A stretch of DNA of 47,515 nt from assembly GCA_017536215.1 (NCBI GenBank), contig JAFXHY010000209.1:1-47515 (forward strand). The letters are read 5' to 3'. The notes under the pieces were generated by a model. The model saw only the letters and a list, made by a program, of their open reading frames with translations. It searched no databases and was not told the DNA's origin. This DNA comes from Muribaculaceae bacterium (GTDB lineage Bacteria > Bacteroidota > Bacteroidia > Bacteroidales > Muribaculaceae). Position numbers and translations under genes: made by a program. Positions 11,386-20,806 of the stretch are shown here, piece after piece; positions within the stretch are counted from its first letter, which is position 1, and each line of letters opens with the position of its first letter.

Positions 11386-12069
11386 ATGATATTTCAACTA
11401 TGTGATGAATTAATATTTCCCGATCCATATCTTGGCGAGGAAGATGGGTTGCTTGCTGTAGGAGGCGATCTTTCTACCGAAAGATTACTATTAGCCTATT
11501 CTAATGGAATATTTCCATGGTCTGACTTCCGTCGCGACCAACGCTTGTGGTTTTGTCCTCTGCAACGTTTTGTAATATTTCCTAACGAGATTCACATCTC
11601 ACACTCTATGCGTTCTCTAATACGCAAACAACGCTATAACGTTACAATCAACAAAGATTTTGAAGGCGTTATAAGTGGGTGCTCCGAAAAACGCTACAAT
11701 GAGCCAGGAGCATGGTTGGGCGAAGAGATGATTGAAGCCTACACCCGCTTGCACCACGAAGGCTGGGCTGCAAGTGTCGAAGTGTGGGACGGCGATAAGC
11801 TTGTGGGTGGACTATATGGAGTATTAATGGGTAATTGTTTCATTGGCGAGAGTATGTTTTCACGAGTGCCAAGCGCTTCGAAACTTGCCCTTATAGCTCT
11901 CGCCCATTGGATGGAACTTAATGGAGGCACACTCATCGACTGCCAACTCGAAACGCCTCACCTCAAATCAATGGGAGGTCGATTTATCCCCTATGACGAA
12001 TATATGTCGTATCTGCAAGCCGATGATGATGGTGCTAAATATGAAGTCGATGATGATTATGAAGCTTAA
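11386..12069 (+). CDS. aat: Leucyl/phenylalanyl-tRNA--protein transferase
   Basis: GLLAVGGDL, AYSNGIFPW, LVGGLYG, GESMFS, ASKLA. Confidence 0.96.
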   Translation: MIFQLCDELIFPDPYLGEEDGLLAVGGDLSTERLLLAYSNGIFPWSDFRRDQRLWFCPLQRFVIFPNEIHISHSMRSLIRKQRYNVTINKDFEGVISGCSEKRYNEPGAWLGEEMIEAYTRLHHEGWAASVEVWDGDKLVGGLYGVLMGNCFIGESMFSRVPSASKLALIALAHWMELNGGTLIDCQLETPHLKSMGGRFIPYDEYMSYLQADDDGAKYEVDDDYEA

Positions 12070-12313
12070 TCAGGCATAAATCTTGAATATTTTCCACACA
12101 TCAATTCCATAATATCATTTACCTCTAATTTTTCACTCAAAAAAATAAAAAAAATTACAACCACCAACTATCTAACAATCAACTCATAGCAACTAAATTC
12201 ACAATTTTGCCGTAAAAAAACAACAAAAAAACATTCCGATAAATTTGCACATGTAAAAAAAAGTGTCTACCTTTGCATCGCATTTGAGGGAAAACCTTAG
12301 TGCAAATAAGGTA

Positions 12314-12386
12314 GATTCGCTAGCTCAGCAGGTAGAGCACATCCCTTTTAAGGATGGGGTCCTGGGTTCGAGCCCCAGGCGGATCA
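12314..12386 (+). tRNA. tRNA-Lys(UUU)
   Basis: Cloverleaf: GATTCGC acceptor, TAGCTCAG D-arm, CATCC-CTTTTAA-GGATG anticodon arm, GGTTCGAGCC T-loop; TACCTTTG promoter upstream. Confidence 0.97.
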
Positions 12387-12411
12387 CTTTAGGGTCACAA
12401 ATTTTGACCGC

Positions 12412-12439
12412 AAGAGCCACCCAATCGGGTGGCTCTTTT
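12412..12439 (+). terminator. Terminator after tRNA-Lys
   Basis: AAGAGCCACCC-AATC-GGGTGGCTCTTTT. Confidence 0.85.
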
Positions 12440-12600
12440 CGTATATATACCTTTGATTTCAAGCACTTAGCAATTTTAGCAATCGCCTATTGTTAAGAAA
12501 GTTAAATATTTCTGTGCTAAATTTTCTTGGTACTTTTTAGCATTTTGTAGGCTCGTTTTAGCACATTATCTTTGCATCAAAATCACGATGATTCTGCTTG

Positions 12601-12740
12601 GTGTACCGCAAAAGTGTACCGGATTAAGGCTGCTGCAAGTCCTCGTCTGTATCAGCCTTTTACGAGGAACCGATATATTTTGGTACACATTTCGGTACAC
12701 TCGTGGTACACTTCGGTACACTTTTACAGCTGTGTGTACC
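12601..12740. repeat. Seven GGTACAC repeats, probable integrase arm-type or accessory binding sites
   Basis: Direct copies at 12682, 12694, 12705 and 12715; inverted copies (GTGTACC) at 12601, 12614 and 12734. Confidence 0.75.
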
Positions 12741-12779
12741 TGCCAAAAAGAGATAATAACTTCAAAACACTTTTTAACA

Positions 12780-13913
12780 ATGGCGACAACACCTCAAGTC
12801 AGAATATTATTCGACCGCCGCAAACGCGCGACGGCGACCGTTAAGGGAACAGTAGAAATAGAAGTGGTATCTAACGGCGAGCGTCTGCGCCTCTCCACAG
12901 GTGTATGCGTACTGCGTCAGCAGTGGAAAGGCGGCTCCGTTATCAATCATCCCAAAGAAGCAGAACTCAACAAGAAAATCCGCGAGATGTACGACGACAT
13001 CTTCGCCCGGCTCTCCACTATGGTAAAGAGCGGCATCATCGACCTGCAACTGCTCAAAGGGAGCAAGGCACGTGTCGTGGAAGAAAAGGACGATTTTCTT
13101 GTATGGCTCGAACAGCGCATCATGATACGCGGAGTGACCGAGCCGACACGTCGACAGCATCTGGTAATGCACCGTTGCCTGAAAGAGTTCGGCATGATAC
13201 GCCGCTTCGAAGACCTCAATACGCGAAACATCAAGCTTTGGGACGACTTCATCCGTACCAAAGTGTCAGCTCAATCATCGATACACGGCTACCACAAGCG
13301 ACTGAAACCCTACGTTGTCGAGGCTATACAGCTCGGTCTGATAACTTCCAACCCATACGAGAATATGCGCATACCGCGCGGACATTCCGAGGGCATCAAG
13401 TTCCTGTCAGAAGAAGAACGCGACCGCATAGCCGACCTTGAATGTTACGGTCCCGTCGAGAAAGCCCGCGACCTGTTCATCTTCGCTTGCTACACCGGCC
13501 TGTCATACACAGACCTTGTGAAAATCCGCAAGGAAGACCTCATCAAAGAGGGTGACGACTACTGCATCAAGGACAAACGGCAGAAGACGAAAGTCCCCTA
13601 TACCATCGTCTTGCTTCCGCAAGCAATGGATATTCTGAAAAAGTACAACTTCTGCCTCAATATCATGTCTAACCAAAAGTGCAACGAGAACCTGAAGCTC
13701 ATCGCACAGATGGCAGACATACACATCAACCTCACCATGCACGTCGGACGGCATACATTCGCAACGTGGGCACTCAGCAAAGGCGTAGGCATCGAAACCG
13801 TAAGCAAGATGCTCGCTCACACCACAGTCACAATGACCGAGAACTATGCAAAGGTTCTCCAGTCCTCAGTCTATCAAGGTTACAATGTACTCAAATCGGC
13901 GGCAAACGGTTAA
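12780..13913 (+). CDS. Tyrosine recombinase/integrase (Bacteroidetes arm-binding, SAM-like and catalytic domains)
   Basis: FACYTGLSYTD, RQKT, HVGRHTFAT, KMLAH, TENYAK; likely start MATTPQ at 12780. Confidence 0.95.
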   Translation: MATTPQVRILFDRRKRATATVKGTVEIEVVSNGERLRLSTGVCVLRQQWKGGSVINHPKEAELNKKIREMYDDIFARLSTMVKSGIIDLQLLKGSKARVVEEKDDFLVWLEQRIMIRGVTEPTRRQHLVMHRCLKEFGMIRRFEDLNTRNIKLWDDFIRTKVSAQSSIHGYHKRLKPYVVEAIQLGLITSNPYENMRIPRGHSEGIKFLSEEERDRIADLECYGPVEKARDLFIFACYTGLSYTDLVKIRKEDLIKEGDDYCIKDKRQKTKVPYTIVLLPQAMDILKKYNFCLNIMSNQKCNENLKLIAQMADIHINLTMHVGRHTFATWALSKGVGIETVSKMLAHTTVTMTENYAKVLQSSVYQGYNVLKSAANG

Positions 13914-13935
13914 ACTGCGCCCAAATCAGCACGAC

Positions 13936-13973
13936 AACGCCCGATCGGACTCTCTGCTCCGACCGGGCGTTTT
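13936..13973. terminator. Terminator between the convergent integrase and repressor genes
   Basis: AACGCCCGATCGGA...TCCGACCGGGCGTTTT. Confidence 0.75.
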
Positions 13974-13980
13974 ACTTGTT

Positions 13981-14466
13981 CTATGCCTTCTCCAATTCTT
14001 TTATTTCAGAACGCAGTTTTTTCAACTCATCGCGTATCTGTCTGTTCTCAATCTCTATCTTCTGCAAGTAGTCCATGACAAAGTTTATTACATTTGTCTG
14101 CCCCTCAATAATTCTTACGAGGCTTTCATTATCGAGCGAAAACGGATTTGACTGCTCCGGCTCAACTGCGGAAGTGTCGCTGCTGTCATTCACAATCATT
14201 TCACCCTCGCCTCTCAGAAGCCAGTCAACATTGAGCTTCGGGCTTAGTGAGCAGAGCTTCCGCACAAATCTGTCTGAAATCTTGCCGTTTCCGCTCATTA
14301 TCGTGGAAACTACACATGGATTGTACTGCATCTTCTCGGCAGCATCCTTTTGAGATAGGATTATGCGCTCGTCCTTTAGCCAAGCGATAATCTTCTTTGC
14401 CCTGTTTCTTATTTCATCGTCCATAATAACGTAGCAATCATTTAGGTTTTCATTTGGCTTATACAT
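13981..14466 (-). CDS. XRE/CI-like HTH repressor
   Basis: LSQKDAAEKM..VVSTIMSG helix-turn-helix, LNVDWLLRGEGEM, coiled-coil C-terminus; divergent from the early genes. Confidence 0.85.
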   Translation of the reverse strand: MYKPNENLNDCYVIMDDEIRNRAKKIIAWLKDERIILSQKDAAEKMQYNPCVVSTIMSGNGKISDRFVRKLCSLSPKLNVDWLLRGEGEMIVNDSSDTSAVEPEQSNPFSLDNESLVRIIEGQTNVINFVMDYLQKIEIENRQIRDELKKLRSEIKELEKA

Positions 14467-14533
14467 TGCTTTCTTAAAACGGATTTAGACGCAAACGGTT
14501 TAGCACAAATTATTTGTAGCCATATTTTGATGC

Positions 14534-14610
14534 ACCTAAATTTGCCTAATAAAAGCTATCACAAAGTTAGTAATAAATTTATTTACAAAGAAATTTAGGT
14601 AAATTTAGTT
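14534..14610. promoter_or_regulatory. Lysis/lysogeny switch with facing promoters and operator-like repeats
   Basis: TAAATTTG (+, 14537), TAACTTTG (-, 14562-14569), ACCTAAATTT with inverted AAATTTAGGT (14591) and AAATTTAGTT (14601). Confidence 0.6.
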
Positions 14611-14626
14611 TCTTAAAACTCAAAAT

Positions 14627-14917
14627 ATGCCTGACGATAACCGCATAAACAACCGCCTCCGCAGAATAGAAAAGTCCATCGATGAAATACTGAACAAGAT
14701 GTCAGAGTTCATCGAAAGCTCAAAAATTCCCGACAGGCTGATAAGCACGGAAGAAGCAGCCGAATACCTCGGAGTAAGCATCGAATGTGTGCGAAAGGAA
14801 ATTCGAGCCGGAAACCTCCCGGCAGAGAAAGGACCCCGAAGTTACCGCATCTCGCTTCGTAGTGTATTGGAACGTGTTGGGATTGATGATCTCCGCACTT
14901 TTCAAAAAAAAAGCTGA
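14627..14917 (+). CDS. Excisionase-like HTH DNA-binding protein
   Basis: LISTEEAAEYLGVS..VRKEIRAGNLPAEK...YRI. Confidence 0.85.
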   Translation: MPDDNRINNRLRRIEKSIDEILNKMSEFIESSKIPDRLISTEEAAEYLGVSIECVRKEIRAGNLPAEKGPRSYRISLRSVLERVGIDDLRTFQKKS

Positions 14918-14949
14918 GTACATCAATCCTACAAATACCCGATTACAGA

Positions 14950-15192
14950 ATGAACACTTACGAAATCCGAGAAATCGAATCAAAACGCCTTCGGGAGTAT
15001 TTGGAAACGCTGTCTACAACAGAACACCGTTTCTTTGTCTCCGATGTCATCGAGAAGTGTGGCAGAGGCATGAGCAAAAAGACTTTCTACAACTGGAAGT
15101 ACGGTCTGTGCCGTATTCCTCTTTTTGCCAAGAAAATCATCGAAGAAACAGCCGGGCAGACAATCTTTATATGGTCGCCGGAATTTGAATAA
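14950..15192 (+). CDS. Hypothetical HTH-like protein, paralogue of 15454
   Basis: TFYNWKYGLCRIPLFAKKII. Confidence 0.7.
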   Translation: MNTYEIREIESKRLREYLETLSTTEHRFFVSDVIEKCGRGMSKKTFYNWKYGLCRIPLFAKKIIEETAGQTIFIWSPEFE

Positions 15193-15211
15193 CCCTTAAC
15201 TTCAGAACAAT

Positions 15212-15451
15212 ATGACAGTAAAAGAGGAATTAGAGGCGGCTATCCAGCGTATAGCCGAGGACTTCAAGACAGACCGTATAGCGGTGATAGTGTGCATCGA
15301 GGGTCAGCCTCAGTGGTGCTCGATGATGGGCTTCCGCCACCCGTTCAGCCCTATATGCACCATCGCAACCGTGATTTCCACCAAGGACGTAATCGAAGCT
15401 ATCATCGGTTACGCTTACGAAACGTCTAACAATGAAGCGAAAGGAGTATAG
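15212..15451 (+). CDS. Hypothetical protein
   Basis: Tightly packed ORF in the early operon. Confidence 0.6.
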   Translation: MTVKEELEAAIQRIAEDFKTDRIAVIVCIEGQPQWCSMMGFRHPFSPICTIATVISTKDVIEAIIGYAYETSNNEAKGV

Positions 15452-15453
15452 CC

Positions 15454-15699
15454 ATGCCGTTACCGATGGAAGACAACCACAACAACGAGATTAAGTATGA
15501 CGAGACCGGCGATTTCGTTTGCTATCTGCTCACACTCGATAGAGGGGAACACGCAGAGTTCATCAAGCGCGTTGCATATTCTTGCGGTGTGCCGCGCTCC
15601 GTAGTTTATTCGTGGAAATATATGTGCTGCCGCATCCCCACTTATGCCAAGGAGATAATCAACAAGATTGCCGGTGTCAAAGTATTTCGTGATGTATGA
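15454..15699 (+). CDS. Hypothetical HTH-like protein, paralogue of 14950
   Basis: VVYSWKYMCCRIPTYAKEII. Confidence 0.7.
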   Translation: MPLPMEDNHNNEIKYDETGDFVCYLLTLDRGEHAEFIKRVAYSCGVPRSVVYSWKYMCCRIPTYAKEIINKIAGVKVFRDV

Positions 15700-15908
15700 T
15701 AAGGAATAAACCGAACATCGACCCCGATAAGAAGTATAACGTGAAGGAGGCTTGCTTCGAGCTCGAAATTTGCGAGGACACCCTGCGCAAATATCGTGAC
15801 AGCGGTCTAATCACCTGCATACACATCACGAGCCGCGAAATATACTATCCCGGCTCTGAGCTGCTTTCTTTGTGGGAGTCAGTGCAAAAACGCAAGAAAC
15901 ATGATTGA
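15696..15908 (+). CDS. MerR/Xis-like HTH protein
   Basis: YNVKEAC.ELEI.EDTLRKYRDSGLI. Confidence 0.75.
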   Translation: MIRNKPNIDPDKKYNVKEACFELEICEDTLRKYRDSGLITCIHITSREIYYPGSELLSLWESVQKRKKHD

Positions 15909-18900
15909 CAAGACCACAATAGAAAGAGTGTTGCAGAGCGTTGACATCGTCGATGTTGTCTCAGAACACGTTACACTCCAAAGGAAAGGCTCTCTATATT
16001 GGGGCTGCTGTCCGTTCCATTCGGAGCGGACGCCCTCGTTTGCCGTCAGCAAGGCTCGCGGTACGTTCACTTGCTACGGCTGCGGAGCCCACGGTGATGC
16101 CGTGGAGTTCGTGCAGAAGCTCGATAACCTCACTTTCCCCGAGGCCATAGAGAGCCTTGCCAAGAAGTGCGGCATACAGGTGATGCACGAGCAACGCGAG
16201 CGCACCGACGAGGAAATCGAGGCGGCAAGACATCGTGAGAGTCTGTTGGTCGCTGTCACAGTGGCGCAGCAGTTCTTCATCGAACAACTGCAAGCTGAAA
16301 GTAAGGAAGCGGATGCCGCCCGGCAATACGCTTACGGTCGTTGGGGCGAGGAATACTGTAAGTCGGTCGGCATAGGCTATGCTCCCGATAGTTGGGATGC
16401 CTTGCCGGAATATTGCCACAGTCGCGGTGTGGACGAAGCCCACCTCAATGATGCCGGTCTCGTGAAGTTCACCGACAAATCCCGGAAGCATTATTCATTC
16501 TTCCGTGGTCGCATCACTATCCCAATCCGTGACCGCTATGGCAAAATTATATCCTATACCGCACGTTACTTCGGTGACGACCCCGAACAGCAGAAGTATC
16601 TCAACACCGCCAACACACCCATATTCGAGAAAGGCAATACCGTATTCGGACTGAATGAAGCAATCCGCCAAGCCGGACGAACAGGCCGCTTTATCATTGT
16701 CGAGGGTGCGCCCGATGTTCTCCGTATGCACTCCGATGATGTAGGACTGACGGAGACGGTCGCCACCCTCGGCACGGCATGGAGCGAAAAGCAGTTGAAA
16801 CAACTGCAACGCTACGCGCCGAGTCTTTGCTTCATTCCTGATGCCGACCCTCCGAAAGAGGACGAGCATTATGGCCCCGGTATAAAAGCCGTGATGAAGA
16901 ACGGTCTCGCCGCCATGCAGATAGGCTTCTCCGTATCAGTCAGGGAGATACCCGTCAGTGAGGACGGACACAAACAAGACCCGGACAGTTTCATTACCGG
17001 CTGTGACATCTTCAACTCGCTTGAAGATGTGCATTTTGCCGTATGGTACGGAAAGAAACTGCTCGGTGCTTGCGATACCGATACGGAGAAAGTACAGGCT
17101 CTTAACCGTATCTGCCGCGAGGTGCTTGTGCTCATCAAGGACGAGACACTGCTCAACTGCTGCATTGAATCACTATCAAAGATCTTCGGCAAGCTCAAAC
17201 TTTGGCGCGATGCCTTGCAGAACAGCCGCCAACAGATACGTCAGGAAGCCGCCCGTAAGGAGCGCGAAGCACTCAGCGAGGAACAGTCGGCTATGCGCGA
17301 ACTCGGTATCATCGTCCGCAACCGTTGCTATTGCTCCTATTCCAAGGAGGGTGAATTGGAAAGGTGGAGCAATTTCCTGATGGAACCGCTTTTCCATATC
17401 ATAGACGGCGACAATGCTATCCGCATCTTCCGCATCGTCAATGACAAGGGCGTGAAGCGCGAAATCGAGCTGAGACAGGATGAACTTGTCTCTTTGGCTC
17501 GTTTCCAACAACGTATCGAGAGTTTGGGCTACTTCATCTTCAAGGGTACTCTCGCCAATCTGCTCAACCTCAAGGAATATCTCTATTCCATCACCGACAG
17601 TGCGGTGCAGTTGAGCAAGATGGGCTGGAATACTGCAGAGGAGGTATATGCTTTCGGTGACGGCATATTCGCCGATAACGTGCTTTACGAGGTGAACGAC
17701 CTCGGTATCGTCAAGATTGGCGACCGCACGTTCTATCTCCCGGCATTTTCCAAAATGCACATCGAACAGAAAGACGCTTACCAGTTCGAGCGCAGCTTCT
17801 CATGCCGGCAGCATGGCGAAGTGTCGCTATACGACTATGTGCAGCGCATGGTTACGGTATTCGGTGACAATGCAAAGGTCGGCTTCGCCTTTTTGCTTGC
17901 CACTCTCTTTTTGGACGTTGTTAAACAAACATCCAAACGCCTCGCCCTGCTTAACATTTTCGGACGCAAGGGTTCGGGCAAGACGGAGTTAGGCACAGCT
18001 CTTATGTCGTTCTTCATACGGCAGAACGACCCGCCCTCGCTTGCCACTACCTCGATGGCTTCTCTTAATGAAATGCTGTCGTGTGCCGAGAATAATCTCG
18101 TGCATCTCGACGAGTATAAAAATGAAATCGACTTCCGCAAGATTGAGTTGCTCAAACAGATATGGGGCGGCAGCGGTCAGACCAAAAAGAATATGGACGG
18201 CGACAAAAAGGTGCAGCGCACTTTTGTACGTTCCGGCGTGATACTCACCGGTCAGGATGCACCGACACGTGACGATGCTCTTTTCTCTCGCGTCATTCAC
18301 CTATCCTACTCGCAGGTTACGTTCAGCAAGGAGGCCAAACGTAACTTCGAGGAGTTTCAGGCTATCAGCGCACGGGGTGTGTCACACCTTACCGTGCAGC
18401 TGCTGAAACTCCGCAAACTGTTTGAGACAGACTATGCCGCCCACTATGCCACCTGCAAGCGTGAGCTGATGGCGGTGCTTGCCGAGGACAGCATCGAAGA
18501 CCGACTGCTCAACAACTGGCTCGCTCCGCTTGCTGCGTTCCATACGGTGCAGACTTCACTCCGACTTCCCATTGATTATCTCGACCTGTTCAACATCTGC
18601 GTCGGCGGCATACGCCGTCAGAACGAGCAGTTGAAGAAGAACTCCGACATTGCGGTGTTCTGGTCGATGCTCGACTCCGGCCACATGCTGGGGCGCATTG
18701 TTGCCAAGAGCCATTTCGCAATCAAGGTGCAGTCCTCGTTTAAGCGCGTTGACGGCGATGTTATCGACTTTGGACGCAACAAGTCTGTTCTATACCTCAA
18801 TTATCAGAATGTTATCGCCACGTTGGGGCAGCGTGTCAACGGCTCAAACATCGTAGGCAAGCTCGACACCGTCTCGCTCGACTCTTATCTGCGGACGCAT

Positions 18901-19209
18901 CCGGCGTTCCTCGGCACGAAACAATACCGCTTCCGCGTTCTGCTGCCTAACGGTACGCCTGATTATACCTTTGAAACTCGCGATGGCCGTTCCATTCGTC
19001 GCGTTAAAGAGGTGCGCCCTATGGCTTTCGTTTTCGATTATGAATTGCTCAAAGAGAGTTACGAGATTAACCTCGAAACTCAGGAGCGCAACGAAAACGA
19101 TGCCTCGGACGATGATGTCGAGGACGAAACGCTCCCGGAACAGCCCGAAGAAACGGCATCTCCACAATCAACATTATTCGAGCAAGAGGAGTCCGAGGTG
19201 CCGTTTTGA
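15901..19209 (+). CDS. DnaG-type primase (CHC2 zinc finger, TOPRIM) fused to a P-loop NTPase/helicase
   Basis: CPFHSERTPSF..CYGC, KYLNT, IVEGAPDV, PDAD, KQDPD; C-terminal GRKGSGKT and HLDEY; acidic tail ending EVPF. Confidence 0.92.
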   Translation: MIDKTTIERVLQSVDIVDVVSEHVTLQRKGSLYWGCCPFHSERTPSFAVSKARGTFTCYGCGAHGDAVEFVQKLDNLTFPEAIESLAKKCGIQVMHEQRERTDEEIEAARHRESLLVAVTVAQQFFIEQLQAESKEADAARQYAYGRWGEEYCKSVGIGYAPDSWDALPEYCHSRGVDEAHLNDAGLVKFTDKSRKHYSFFRGRITIPIRDRYGKIISYTARYFGDDPEQQKYLNTANTPIFEKGNTVFGLNEAIRQAGRTGRFIIVEGAPDVLRMHSDDVGLTETVATLGTAWSEKQLKQLQRYAPSLCFIPDADPPKEDEHYGPGIKAVMKNGLAAMQIGFSVSVREIPVSEDGHKQDPDSFITGCDIFNSLEDVHFAVWYGKKLLGACDTDTEKVQALNRICREVLVLIKDETLLNCCIESLSKIFGKLKLWRDALQNSRQQIRQEAARKEREALSEEQSAMRELGIIVRNRCYCSYSKEGELERWSNFLMEPLFHIIDGDNAIRIFRIVNDKGVKREIELRQDELVSLARFQQRIESLGYFIFKGTLANLLNLKEYLYSITDSAVQLSKMGWNTAEEVYAFGDGIFADNVLYEVNDLGIVKIGDRTFYLPAFSKMHIEQKDAYQFERSFSCRQHGEVSLYDYVQRMVTVFGDNAKVGFAFLLATLFLDVVKQTSKRLALLNIFGRKGSGKTELGTALMSFFIRQNDPPSLATTSMASLNEMLSCAENNLVHLDEYKNEIDFRKIELLKQIWGGSGQTKKNMDGDKKVQRTFVRSGVILTGQDAPTRDDALFSRVIHLSYSQVTFSKEAKRNFEEFQAISARGVSHLTVQLLKLRKLFETDYAAHYATCKRELMAVLAEDSIEDRLLNNWLAPLAAFHTVQTSLRLPIDYLDLFNICVGGIRRQNEQLKKNSDIAVFWSMLDSGHMLGRIVAKSHFAIKVQSSFKRVDGDVIDFGRNKSVLYLNYQNVIATLGQRVNGSNIVGKLDTVSLDSYLRTHPAFLGTKQYRFRVLLPNGTPDYTFETRDGRSIRRVKEVRPMAFVFDYELLKESYEINLETQERNENDASDDDVEDETLPEQPEETASPQSTLFEQEESEVPF

Positions 19210-19620
19210 CGCAGTTCTCCCCATTACCTATTACTAACAAATGCCGTGAAAATTTGACCCCACGGCATTTTTTATGATGTTTTTTCAAAATATTTTTTTG
19301 CTTGCTTCGGAATTTCAGCGAGTCGAAATTTCGGCAAGACAATTCAGCCAACTTAGACAACGCAACATATCTGCAAGTTACAGCGATTTTTGCCGTGCCA
19401 AAGCCTTGACACGTTTAGACAAAATCGCAGAGCTTTCGGGTTCAATAGCCGAAAATAGACAACAAAAGCCACTATATAGATATATGATTTTTGACTGACA
19501 AAATTCTATATCTTTATATATGAGCGGCTTATCTTCGTTGCTTCTCTTTCGGCTATTTGTCTGATTTCGCTACCCCTACAATATCCTCGTATGTGCGCGA
19601 GGCATTTTCTCTCGCTCTCG
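19210..19620. other. Candidate replication origin
   Basis: Non-coding region after the primase with (T)AGACAA repeats at about 19337, 19354, 19416 and 19456, an inverted TTGTCT at about 19557, and A/T tracts. Confidence 0.4.
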
Positions 19621-19723
19621 TTATTCTGTCGCTCCACGTTCCCGACTTTCGGCAACGCAATAGCCTGATAAATAGGATAAATCGCTGATTATCGGTAATT
19701 TTGCATATAGAAAGTTACCGATT

Positions 19724-20215
19724 ATGAGCGAAATTTGCATCTACTTGCCACTTGAAGATTACCTCGCCCAATGGTTCATACATGAACAGGGGGGCGAGGT
19801 GCCGGTGCATCTTCTGCGTGGGTCGGTAGAGAGCAAGATTCTCGAAAACTATCTAATCGCCCGTCCGCAAGATGAATTGCCGGAGATCTGCCACTGCGGC
19901 AAACTCCCAATCGCAATTCCATACTTCCGCTACCGGCCACCGGCTACTTATAATTTTCTGCCTCGCCGTGCAATGGCTTCGCTCCTTAGCATCATTCGCA
20001 GTCGCTTTGATGTTGTGCTGTGGAGCGAGTTGCACCATTTCGGCAAGATAGACAAGCGTCAGGATAACCTGATTTATGCCTTCATGGAGAAGCACGGCAT
20101 CGAACAGACGGAGAAGAACTGGAACGCAATTGCCAAACGCTACCAACGGCAGCGCAACATCTATCTCCACCGTGAACGTGCTAAAAAACAATATTTGCGC
20201 AAAAAAAGTAATTGA
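19724..20215 (+). CDS. Hypothetical basic protein, possible transcriptional regulator
   Basis: Own TAATTTTG promoter at 19696; Arg/Lys-rich C-terminus; sits between replication and structural modules. Confidence 0.6.
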   Translation: MSEICIYLPLEDYLAQWFIHEQGGEVPVHLLRGSVESKILENYLIARPQDELPEICHCGKLPIAIPYFRYRPPATYNFLPRRAMASLLSIIRSRFDVVLWSELHHFGKIDKRQDNLIYAFMEKHGIEQTEKNWNAIAKRYQRQRNIYLHRERAKKQYLRKKSN

Positions 20216-20256
20216 TTTCAGCGCATCTAAAATTCAATTATGCTATTTCTGCTATA

Positions 20257-20700
20257 ATGAGAAAAAATACCCAGATATTGCCCGGCGTGAAGTCAATCGG
20301 TTGTGTCGATTGTCTGAAGCTCGTTGATAACGTCGCTTTGCGCGGCATCTGTCGGATGCCTGTGCCGGTTATGACCGATGTACAGATGGTCGAAGTATTC
20401 GACGAGGCGGAGTGTTCGTGCAAGACGGAGCGCGACAATCGGCAGAATACCGATACTGCCTCGCTGAAATTCCTTGCGCCCGAACTGCTGCCTATCCATC
20501 TGCACCTCGGTTTTGTCGTTACAGACGTGAACGACAAGCAATATCTGATTGGGGCTAAGGAGCCGCCTTATCCCCAAGTGAAAGTCGAACAGCGTTGTGG
20601 TCTGCCTTCCGGCGATGGCGCTGGGTTCTTCTACGAAATTACCCACATCGCCTTGAAGTCACTTGTTCCATGCACCGCAACGCTTTATCCTGAAACTTGA
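20257..20700 (+). CDS. Hypothetical phage protein
   Basis: Phage-like codon use; start MRKNTQILPGVKSI. Confidence 0.65.
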   Translation: MRKNTQILPGVKSIGCVDCLKLVDNVALRGICRMPVPVMTDVQMVEVFDEAECSCKTERDNRQNTDTASLKFLAPELLPIHLHLGFVVTDVNDKQYLIGAKEPPYPQVKVEQRCGLPSGDGAGFFYEITHIALKSLVPCTATLYPET

Positions 20701-20806
20701 TTTTACCGTTCCCAAATCGTCATACAGATTTTGAAGTTTGATTGCCGCCGGTCTGAGAAGATAGGCGGTAATTTTTTTTGCGGCGGAGAAAAAATTTTTA
20801 TTGGAA

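Noticed and set aside
12263-12496. 77-aa ORF
   Set aside because: It overlaps tRNA-Lys and its terminator.
12588-12779. N-terminal extension of the integrase
   Set aside because: It translates the GGTACAC repeat array (YTFRYTRGTLRYTF). The start at 12780 has the proper A-rich context.
15941-19167. Many antisense and alternate-frame ORFs inside GC-rich phage genes
   Set aside because: Expected shadow ORFs from C-ending codon bias.
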